Positions 1 to 10,512 of a stretch of 64,000 bases of DNA are shown piece by piece (the first letter of the stretch is position 1; each line of letters starts with the position of its first letter). Origin of the DNA: the human T2T-CHM13v2.0 reference genome, Homo sapiens; NCBI RefSeq assembly GCF_009914755.1, contig NC_060942.1. One strand, 5' to 3'. Below the pieces are notes generated by a model. The model saw nothing but the letters and a program-made list of their open reading frames with translations, made no database searches and was not told the DNA's origin. The translations under genes were made by a program, and so were the position numbers.

Positions 1-2033
1 CATTCTCAGAAACTTACTCGTGATGTGTGTACTCAACTAAAGGAGTAGAAACTTTCTTTTCATAGAGAAGTTTTGAAACGCTCTTTTTGTGGAATCTGCA
101 GGTGGATATTTGGCTAGTTTTGAGGATTACGTTGGAAACGGGAATTCATACAAATTGCAGACTGCAGCGTTCTGAGAAACATCTTTGTGATGTTTGTATT
201 CAGGACACAGAGTTGAACATTCCCTATCATAGAGCAGGTTTGAATCACTCCTTTTGTAGTATCTGGAAGTGGACATTTGGAGCGCTTTCAGGCCTATGTT
301 GGAAAAGGAAATATCTTCCCATAACAAATAGACAGAAACATTCTCAGAAACTTATTTGAGATGTGTGTACTCAACTAAGAATTGAACCACCGTTTTGAAG
401 GAGCAGTTTTGAAACACTCTTTTTCTGGAATCTGCAAGTGGATATTTGGCTAGCTTTGGGGATTTCGCTGGAAGCGGGAATACATATAAAAAGCACACAG
501 CAGCGTTCTGAGAAACTTCTTTCTGATGTTCGCATTCAAGTCAAAATTTGAACACTCCCTTTCGTAGAGCAGTCTTGAAACTCCCCTTTTGTGGTATCTG
601 GAAGTGGACATTTGGAGTGCTTTCAGGGCTAAGGTGAAAAAGGAAATATCTTCCCATAAAAACTGGACAGAAGCATTCTCAGAAACTTGTTTATGCTGTA
701 TCTACTCAGCTAACAAAGTTGAACCTTTCTTTTGATAGAGCAGTTTTGAAATGCTCTTTTTGTGGAGTCTGCAAGTGGATATTTGGCTAGTTTTGAGGAT
801 TTCGTTGGAAGCGGGAATTCATACAAATTGCAGACTGCAGCGTTCTGAGAAACATCTTTGTGATGTTTGTATTCAGGACACAGAGTTGAACATTCCCTAT
901 CATAGAGCAGGTTGGAATCACTCCTTTTGTAGTATCTGGAAGTGGCCATTTCGAGCGCTTTGAGGCCTATGTTGAAAAAGGAAATATCTTCCCATAACAA
1001 GTAGACACAAGCATTCTCAGAAACTTGTTTGTGATGTGTGCCCTCTACTGACAGAGTTGAACCTTTCTTTTCATAGAGCAGTTTCGAAACACTCTTTTTG
1101 TAGAATCTGCAAGAGGATATTTGCATAGCTTTGAGGATTTCGTGGGAAACGGGATTGTCTTCAGGTAAAATCTAGACAGAAGCATTCTCAGAAAATTCTT
1201 CGGGATGTTTGCATTCAAGTCACAGAGTAGAACATTCCCTTTGGTAGAGCAGGTTTGAAACACTCTTTTTGTAGTATCTGGAAGTGGACATTTGGAGCGC
1301 TTTCAGGCCTATGTTGGAAAGGGAAATATCTTCCCGTAACAACTAGGCAGAAGCATTCTCAGAAACTTATTTGAGATGTGTGTACTCAACTAAGAGAATT
1401 GAACCACCGTTTTGAAGGAGCAGTTTTGAAACACTCTTTTTCTGGAATCTGCAAGAGGATATTTGCATAGATTTGAGGATTTCGTTGGAAACGGGATTGT
1501 CTTCAGATCCAATCTAGACAGAAGCATTCTCAGAAACTTCTTTGGGATGTTTGCATTCAAGTCACAGAGTAGAACATTCCCTTTGGTAGAGCAGGTTTGA
1601 AACACTCTTTTTTTAGTATATGGAAGTGGACATTTGGAGCGCTTTCAGGCCTACGTTGGAAAAGGAAATATCTTCCCATAACAACTAGACAGAAGCATTC
1701 TCAGAAACTAGTTTCTGATGTGTGTCCTCAACTAACACAGTTGAACATTTCTTTAGACAGAACAGTTTTGAAACACTCTCTTTGTGGAATCTGCAAGTGG
1801 ATATTTGGCTAGATTTGAGGATTTCGTTGGAAACGGGATTACATATAAAAAGCAGACAGCAGCATTCTCAGAAACTTCTTTGTGATGATTGCATTCAAGT
1901 CACAGAATTGAACATTCCCTTTCACAGAGCAGGTTTGAAACACTCTTTTTGTAGTGTGTGTAAGTGGACATTTGGAGCGCTTTCCGGCCTAAGGTGAACA
2001 AGGAAATATCTTCCCATAAAAACTAGACAGAAG
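1..2033 (+). repeat. D18Z1: 12-mer core (m1-m12), probably human chromosome 18 D18Z1 / S2C18H1L HOR
   Basis: 12 monomers span 2033 bp. EcoRI sites (GAATTC) at 142, 815, 2175 and 3531 give 673/1360/1356 bp fragments, matching the ~0.68 and ~1.36 kb EcoRI units known for D18Z1. Motifs GAATTCATACAAATTGCAGACTGCAG and TGGGAAACGGGATTGTCTTC are recalled as D18Z1-typical. No alignment was run. Confidence 0.8.
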
Positions 2034-3194
2034 TATTCTCAGAAACTTACTCGTGATGTGTGTCCTCAACTAAAGGAGTAGAACCTTTCTTTTCATAGAG
2101 AAGTTTTGAAACGCTCTTTTTGTGGAATCTGCAAGTGGATATTTGGCTAGTTTTGAGGATTTCGTTGGAAGCGGGAATTCATACAAATTGCAGACTGCAG
2201 CGTTCTGAGAAACATCTTTGTGATGTTTGTATTCAGGACACAGAGTTGAACGTTCCCTATCATAGAGCAGGTTTGAATCACTCCTTTTGTAGTATCTGGA
2301 AGTGGACATTTGGAGCGCTTTCCGGCCTCAGGTGAAAAAGGAAATATCTTCCCATAAAAACTAGACAGAAGCATTCTCAGAAACTTACTCGTGATGTGTG
2401 TCCTCAACTAAAGGGGTAGAACCTTTCTTTTGATAGAGCAGTTTTGAAACACTCTTTTTGTAGAATCTGCAAGTGGATATTTCGATAGCTTTGTGGATTT
2501 CGTTGGAAACGGGAATATCTTCATATAAAATCTAGAGAGAAGTATTATCAGAAACTTCCTTGTGATGGTTGCATTCAAGTCACAGAGTTAAACATTCGCT
2601 TTCATAGAGCATGTTTGAAACACTCTTTTTCCATTACCTGGAAGTGGACTTTTGGAGCGCTTTGAGGCCTATGGTGAAAAAGGAAATATCTTCCCAAAAA
2701 AACTAGACAGAAGCATTCTCAGAAACTTATTTGTGATGTGTGTCCTCAACTGACAGAGTTGAACATTTCTTTTGAGAGAGCAGTTTTGAAACACTCTTTT
2801 TGTGGAATCTGCAAGTGGATATTTGGCTGGCTTTGAGGATTTCGTTGGAAACGGGAATACATATAAAAAGCAGACAGCAGCGTTCTGAGAAACTTCTTGG
2901 TGATGTTTGCATTCAAGTCACAGAATTGAACATTCCCTTTGATAGAACAGGTTTGAAAGACTCCTTTTCTCATATCTGGAAGTGTCCATTCGGAGCGCAT
3001 TCAGGCTTGTGTTGAAAAAGGATATATCTTCCCATAACAACTAGACAGAAGCATTCTCAGAAACTAGTTTCTGATGTGTGTCCTCAACTAACACAGTTGA
3101 ACATTTCTTTAGACAGAACAGTTTTGAAACACTCTTTTTGTGGAATTTGCAAGTGGATATTTGGCTAGATTTGAGCATTTCGTTGGAAACGGGA
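463..3194 (+). promoter_or_regulatory. CENP-B boxes (17 bp, NTTCGNNNNANNCGGGN) in every other monomer; first-unit examples, pattern repeats array-wide
   Basis: Intact cores start at 463 (TTTCGCTGGAAGCGGGA), 800, 1138 (TTTCGTGGGAAACGGGA), 1480, 1822, 2160, 2498, 2840 and 3178 (TTTCGTTGGAAACGGGA). The box at 127 is broken (TTACG). Confidence 0.96.
2669..2685 (+). promoter_or_regulatory. pJalpha box of A-type monomer (example; equivalent site in even-numbered monomers)
   Basis: CTATGGTGAAAAAGGAA matches the pJalpha motif CTAYGGTGRAAAAGGAA at the position equivalent to the CENP-B box. Variants such as CTAAGGTGAAAAAGGAA occur in other even monomers. Confidence 0.8.
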
Positions 3195-3389
3195 TTACAT
3201 ATAAAAAGCAGACAGCGGCATTCTCAGAAAGTTCTTTGTGATGATTGCATTCAAGTCACAGAATTGAACATTCCCTTTCACAGAGCAGGTTTGAAACACT
3301 CTTTTTGTAGTGTGTGAAAGTGGACATTTGGAGCGCTTTCCGGCCTAAGGTGAAAAAGGAAATATCTTCCCATAAAAACTAGACAGAAG

Positions 3390-6300
3390 CATTCTCAGAA
3401 ACTTACTCGTGATGTGTGTACTCAACTAAAGGAGTAGAAACTTTCTTTTCATAGAGAAGTTTTGAAACGCTCTTTTTGTGGAATCTGCAGGTGGATATTT
3501 GGCTAGTTTTGAGGATTACGTTGGAAACGGGAATTCATACAAATTGCAGACTGCAGCGTTCTGAGAAACATCTTTGTGATGTTTGTATTCAGGACACAGA
3601 GTTGAACATTCCCTATCATAGAGCAGGTTTGAATCACTCCTTTTGTAGTATCTGGAAGTGGACATTTGGAGCGCTTTCAGGCCTATGTTGGAAAAGGAAA
3701 TATCTTCCCATAACAAATAGACAGAAACATTCTCAGAAACTTATTTGAGATGTGTGTACTCAACTAAGAATTGAACCACCGTTTTGAAGGAGCAGTTTTG
3801 AAACACTCTTTTTCTGGAATCTGCAAGTGGATATTTGGCTAGCTTTGGGGATTTCGCTGGAAGCGGGAATACATATAAAAAGCACACAGCAGCGTTCTGA
3901 GAAACTTCTTTCTGATGTTCGCATTCAAGTCAAAATTTGAACACTCCCTTTCGTAGAGCAGTCTTGAAACTCCCCTTTTGTGGTATCTGGAAGTGGACAT
4001 TTGGAGTGCTTTCAGGGCTAGGGTGAAAAAGGAAATATCTTCCCATAAAAACTGGACAGAAGCATTCTCAGAAACTTGTTTATGCTGTATCTACTCAGCT
4101 AACAAAGTTGAACCTTTCTTTTGATAGAGCAGTTTTGAAATGCTCTTTTTGTGGAGTCTGCAAGTGGATATTTGGCTAGTTTTGAGGATTTCGCTGGAAG
4201 CGGGAATTCATACAAATTGCAGACTGCAGCGTTCTGAGTAACATCTTTGTGATGTTTGTATTCAGGACACAGAGTTGAACATTCCCTATCATAGAGCAGG
4301 TTGGAATCACTCCTTTTGTAGTATCTGGAAGTGGCCATTTCGAGCGCTTTGAGGCCTATGTTGAAAAAGGAAATATCTTCCCATAACAAGTAGACACAAG
4401 CATTCTCAGAAACTTGTTTGTGATGTGTGCCCTCTACTGACAGAGTTGAACCTTTCTTTTCATAGAGCAGTTTCGAAACACTCTTTTTGTAGAATCTGCA
4501 AGAGGATATTTGCGTAGCTTTGAGGATTTCGTGGGAAACGGGATTGTCTTCAGGTAAAATCTAGACAGAAGCATTCTCAGAAAATTCTTCGGGATGTTTG
4601 CATTCAAGTCACAGAGTAGAACATTCCCTTTGGTAGAGCAGGTTTGAAACACTCTTTTTGTAGTATCTGGAAGTGGACATTTGGAGCGCTTTCAGGCCTA
4701 TGTTGGAAAGGGAAATATCTTCCCGTAACAACTAGGCAAAAGCATTCTCAGAAACTTATTTGAGATGTGTGTACTGAACTAAGAGAATTGAACCACCGTT
4801 TTGAAGGAGCAGGTTTGAAACACTCTTTTTGTAGTATCTGGAAGTGGACATTTGGAGCGCTTTCAGGCCTATGTTGGAAAGGGAAATATCTTCCCGTAAC
4901 AACTAGGCAGAAGCATTCTCAGAAACTTATTTGAGATGTGTGTACTCAACTAAGAGAATTGAACCACCGTTTTGAAGGAGCAGTTTTGAAACACTCTTTT
5001 TCTGGAATCTGCAAGAGGATATTTGCATAGATTTGAGGATTTCGTTGGAAACGGGATTGTCTTCAGATCCAATCTAGACAGAAGCATTCTCAGAAACTTC
5101 TTTGGGATGTTTGCATTCAAGTCACAGAGTAGAACATTCCCTTTGGTAGAGCAGGTTTGAAACACTCTTTTTTTAGTATATGGAAGTGGACATTTGGAGC
5201 GCTTTCAGGCCTACGTTGGAAAAGGAAATATCTTCCCATAACAACTAGACAGAAGCATTCTCAGAAACTAGTTTCTGATGTGTGTCCTCAACTAACACAG
5301 TTGAACATTTCTTTAGACAGAACAGTTTTGAAACACTCTCTTTGTGGAATCTGCAAGTGGATATTTGGCTAGATTTGAGGATTTCGTTGGAAACGGGATT
5401 ACATATAAAAAGCAGACAGCAGCATTCTCAGAAACTTCTTTGTGATGATTGCATTCAAGTCACAGAATTGAACATTCCCTTTCACAGAGCAGGTTTGAAA
5501 CACTCTTTTTGTAGTGTGTGTAAGTGGACATTTGGAGCGCTTTCCGGCCTAAGGTGAACAAGGAAATATCTTCCCATAAAAACTAGACAGAAGCATTCTC
5601 AGAAACTTACTCGTGATGTGTGTCCTCAACTAAAGGAGTAGAACCTTTCTTTTCATAGAGAAGTTTTGAAACGCTCTTTTTGTGGAATCTGCAAGTGGAT
5701 ATTTGGCTAGTTTTGAGGATTTCGTTGGAAGCGGGAATTCATACAAATTGCAGACTGCAGCGTTCTGAGAAACATCTTTGTGATGTTTGTATTCAGGACA
5801 CAGAGTTGAACATTCCCTCTCATATAGCAGGTTTGAATAACTCCTTTTGTAGTATCTGGAAGTGGACATTTGGAGCGCTTTCCGGCCTCAGGTGAAAAAG
5901 GAAATATCTTCCCATAAAAACTAGACAGAAGCATTCTCAGAAACTTACTCGTGATGTGTGTCCTCAACTAAAGGGGTAGAACCTTTCTTTTGATAGAGCA
6001 GTTTTGAAACACTCTTTTTGTAGAATCTGCAAGTGGATATTTCGATAGCTTTGTGGATTTCGTTGGAAACGGGAATATCTTCATATAAAATCTAGAGAGA
6101 AGTATTATCAGAAACTTCCTTGTGATGGTTGCATTCAAGTCACAGAGTTGAACATTCGCTTTCATAGAGCATGTTTGAAACACTCTTTTTCCATTACCTG
6201 GAAGTGGACATTTGGAGCGCTTTGAGGCCTATGGTGAAAAAGGAAATATCTTCCCAAAAAAACTAGACAGAAGCATTCTCAGAAACTTATTTGTGATGTG

Positions 6301-9300
6301 TGTCCTCAACTGACAGAGTTGAACATTTCTTTTGAGAGAGGAGTTTTGAAACACTCTTTTTGTGGAATCTGCAAGTGGATATTTGGCTGGCTTTGAGGAT
6401 TTCGTTGGAAATGGGAATACATATAAAAAGCAGACAGCAGCGTTCTGAGAAACTTCTTGGTGATGTTTGCATTCAAATCACAGAATTGAACATTCCTTTT
6501 GATAGAACAGGTTTGAAACACTCCTTTTCTCATATCTGGAAGTGTCCATTTGGAGCGCATTCAGGCTTGTGTTGAAAAAGGAAATATCTTCCCATAACAA
6601 CTAGACAGAAGCATTCTCAGAAACTAGTTTCTGATGTGTGTCCTCAACTAACACAGTTGTACATTTCTTTAGACAGAACAGTTTTGAAACACTCTTTTTG
6701 TGGAATCTGCAAGTGGATATTTGGCTAGATTTGAGCATTTCGTTGGAAACGGGATTACATATAAAAAGCAGACAGCGGCATTCTCAGAAAGTTCTTTGTG
6801 ATGATTGCATTCAAGTCACAGAATTGAACATTCCCTTTCACAGAGCAGGTTTGAAACACTCTTTTTGTAGTGTGTGTAAGTGGACATTTGGAGCGCTTTC
6901 CGGCCTAAGGTGAAAAAGGAAATATCTTCCCATAAAAACTAGACAGAAGCATTCTCAGAAACTTACTCATGATGTGTGTACTCAAGTAAAGGAGTAGAAA
7001 CTTTCTTTTCATAGAGAAGTTTTGAAACGCTCTTTTTGTGGAATCTGCAAGTGGATATTTGGCTAGTTTTGAGGATTTCGTTGGAAGCGGGAATTCATAC
7101 AAATTGCAGACTGCAGCGTTCTGAGAAACATCTTTGTGATGTTTGTATTCAGGACACAGAGTTGAACATTCCCTATCATAGAGCAGGTTTGAATCACTCC
7201 TTTTGTAGTATCTGGAAGTGGACATTTGGAGCGCTTTCAGGCCTATGTTGGAAAAGGAAATATCTTCCCATAACAAATAGACAGAAGCATTCTCAGAAAC
7301 TTATTTGAGATGTGTGTACTCAACTAAGAGAATTGAACCACCGTTTTGAAGGAGCAGTTTTGAAACACTCTTTTTCTGGAATCTGCAAGTGGATATCTGG
7401 CTAGCTTTGGGGATTTCGCTGGAAGCGGGAATACATATAAAAAGCACACAGCAGCGTTCTGAGAAACTTCTTTCTGATGTTCGCATTCAAGTCAAAAGTT
7501 GAACACTCCCTTTCGTAGAGCAGTCTTGAAACTCCCCTTTTGTGGTATCTGGAAGTGGACATTTGGAGTGCTTTCAGGGCTAAGGTGAAAAAGGAAATAT
7601 CTTCCCATAAAAACTGGACAGAAGCATTCTCAGAAACTTGTTTATGCTGTATCTACTCAGCTAACAAAGTTGAACCTTTCTTTTGATAGAGCAGTTTTGA
7701 AATGCTCTTTTTGTGGAGTCTGCAAGTGGATATTTGGCTAGTTTTGAGGATTTCGTTGGAAGCGGGAATTCATACAAATTGCAGACTGCAGCGTTCTGAG
7801 AAACATCTTTGTGATGTTTGTATTCAGGACACAGAGTTGAACATTCCCTATCATAGAGCAGGTTGGAATCACTCCTTTCGTAGTATCTGGAAGTGGCCAT
7901 TTCGAGCGCTTTCAGACCTAGGTTGAAAAAGGAAATATCTTCCCATAACAAGTAGACACAAGCATTCTCAGAAACTTGTTTGTGATGTGTGCCCTCTACT
8001 GACAGAGTTGAACCTTTCTTTTCATAGAGCAGTTTCGAAACACTCTTTTTGTAGAATCTGCAAGAGGATATTTGCATAGCTTTGAGGATTTCGTGGGAAA
8101 CGGGATTGTCTTCAGGTAAAATCTAGACAGAAGCATTCTCAGAAAATTCTTCGGGATGTTTGCATTCAAGTCACAGAGTAGAACATTCCCTTTGGTAGAG
8201 CAGGTTTGAAACACTCTTTTTGTAGTATCTGGAAGTGGACATTTGGAGCGCTTTCAGGCCTATGTTGGAAAGGGAAATATCTTCCCGTAACAACTAGGCA
8301 GAAGCATTCTCAGAAACTTATTTGAGATGTGTGTACTGAACTAAGAGAATTGAACCACCGTTTTGAAGGAGCAGGTTTGAAACACTCTTTTTGTAGTATC
8401 TGGAAGTGGACATTTGGAGCGCTTTCAGGCCTATGTTGGAAAGGGAAATATCTTCCCGTAACAACTAGGCAGAAGCATTCTCAGAAACTTATTTGAGATG
8501 TGTGTACTCAACTAAGAGAATTGAACCACCGTTTTGAAGGAGCAGTTTTGAAACACTCTTTTTCTGGAATCTGCAAGAGGATATTTGCATAGATTTGAGG
8601 ATTTCGTTGGAAACGGGATTGTCTTCAGATCCAATCTAGACAGAAGCATTCTCAGAAACTTCTTTGGGATGTTTGCATTCAAGTCACAGAGTAGAACATT
8701 CCCTTTGGTAGAGCAGGTTTGAAACACTCTTTTTTTAGTATATGGAAGTGGACATTTGGAGCGCTTTCAGGCCTACGTTGGAAAAGGAAATATCTTCCCA
8801 TAACAACTAGACAGAAGCATTCTCAGAAACTAGTTTCTGATGTGTGTCCTCAACTAACACAGTTGAACATTTCTTTAGACAGAACAGTTTTGAAACACTC
8901 TCTTTGTGGAATCTGCAAGTGGATATTTGGCTAGATTTGAGGATTTCGTTGGAAACGGGATTACATATAAAAAGCAGACAGCAGCATTCTCAGAAAGTTC
9001 TTTGTGATGATTGCATTCAAGTCACAGAATTGAACATTCCCTTTCACAGAGCAGGTTTGAAACACTCTTTTTGTAGTGTGTGTAAGTGGACATTTGGAGC
9101 GCTTTCCGGCCTAAGGTGAACAAGGAAATATCTTCCTATAAAAACTAGACAGAAGTATTCTCAGAAACTTACTCGTGATGTGTGTCCTCAACTAAAGGAG
9201 TAGAACCTTTCTTTTCATAGAGAAGTTTTGAAACGCTCTTTTTGTGGAATCTGCAAGTGGATATTTGGCTAGTTTTGAGGATTTCGTTGGAAGCGGGAAT

Positions 9301-10512
9301 TCATACAAATTGCAGACTGCAGCGTTCTGAGAAACATCTTTGTGATGTTTGTATTCAGGACACAGAGTTGAACGTTCCCTATCATAGAGCAGGTTTGAAT
9401 CACTCCTTTTGTAGTATCTGGAAGTGGACATTTGGAGCGCTTTCCGGCCTCAGGTGAAAAAGGAAATATCTTCCCATAAAAACTAGACAGAAGCATTCTC
9501 AGAAACTTACTCGTGATGTGTGTCCTCAACTAAAGGGGTAGAACCTTTCTTTTGATAGAGCAGTTTTGAAACACTCTTTTTGTAGAATCTGCAAGTGGAT
9601 ATTTCGATAGCTTTGTGGATTTCGTTGGAAACGGGAATATCCTCATATAAAAATCTAGAGAGAAGTATTATCAGAAACTTCCTTGTGATGGTTGCATTCA
9701 AGTCACAGAGTTGAACATTCGCTTTCATAGAGCATGTTTGAAACACTCTTTTTCCATTACCTGGAAGTGGACTTTTGGAGCGCTTTGAGGCCTATGGTGA
9801 AAAAGGAAATATCTTCCCAAAAAAACTAGACAGAAGCATTCTCAGAAACTTATTTGTGATGTGTGTCCTCAACTGACAGAGTTGAACATTTCTTTTGAGA
9901 GAGCAGTTTTGAAACACTCTTTTTGTGGAATCTGCAAGTGGATATTTGGCTGGCTTTGAGGATTTCGTTGGAAACGGGAATACATATAAAAAGCAGACAG
10001 CAGCGTTCTGAGAAACTTCTTGGTGATGTTTGCATTCAAGTCACAGAATTGAACATTCCCTTTGATAGAACAGGTTTGAAACACTCCTTTTCTCATATCT
10101 GGAAGTGTCCATTCGGAGCGCATTCAGGCTTGTGTTGAAAAAGGATATATCTTCCCATAACAACTAGACAGAAGCATTCTCAGAAACTAGTTTCTGATGT
10201 GTGTCCTCAACTAACACAGTTGAACATTTCTTTAGACAGAACAGTTTTGAAACACTCTTTTTGTGGAATTTGCAAGTGGATATTTGGCTAGATTTGAGCA
10301 TTTCGTTGGAAACGGGATTACATATAAAAAGCAGACAGCGGCATTCTCAGAAAGTTCTTTGTGATGATTGCATTCAAGTCACAGAATTGAACATTCCCTT
10401 TCACAGAGCAGGTTTGAAACACTCTTTTTGTAGTGTGTGTAAGTGGACATTTGGAGCGCTTTCCGGCCTAAGGTGAAAAAGGAAATATCTTCCCATAAAA
10501 ACTAGACAGAAG
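3390..10512 (+). repeat. Two 21-mer HOR units (3390-6949, 6950-10512)
   Basis: Unit lengths are 3560 and 3563 bp. Extra hybrid monomers lie at 4743-4913 and 8305-8475. Confidence 0.95.
4743..4913 (+). repeat. Chimeric m9/m8 alpha monomer (171 bp duplication), 14 copies in the window
   Basis: The 5' part matches m9 (CTTATTTGAGATG...CACCGTTTTGAAGGAGC) and the 3' part matches m8 (AGGTTTGAAACAC...TTCCCGTAACAACTAGGCAG). Its marker is GTACTGAACT. Confidence 0.95.

Larger units (their letters stand above)
1..3389 (+). repeat. 20-mer HOR unit (12-mer + 8-mer), 3389 bp
   Basis: Twenty monomers counted. The sequence at position 1 recurs at 3390, and the ORF track repeats at 87 and 3476. Confidence 0.95.

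Noticed and set aside
482-492. TATA-like ACATATAAAAAG motifs after several CENP-B boxes
   Set aside because: They are a standard part of these alphoid monomers, and nothing in the sequence supports promoter function.
1081-1092. Short palindromes (GTTTCGAAAC in m7, TGCAGACTGCA, AGCGCT)
   Set aside because: These 6-11 bp dyads are ordinary in alpha satellite and too short to support a cruciform or regulatory claim without folding calculations.
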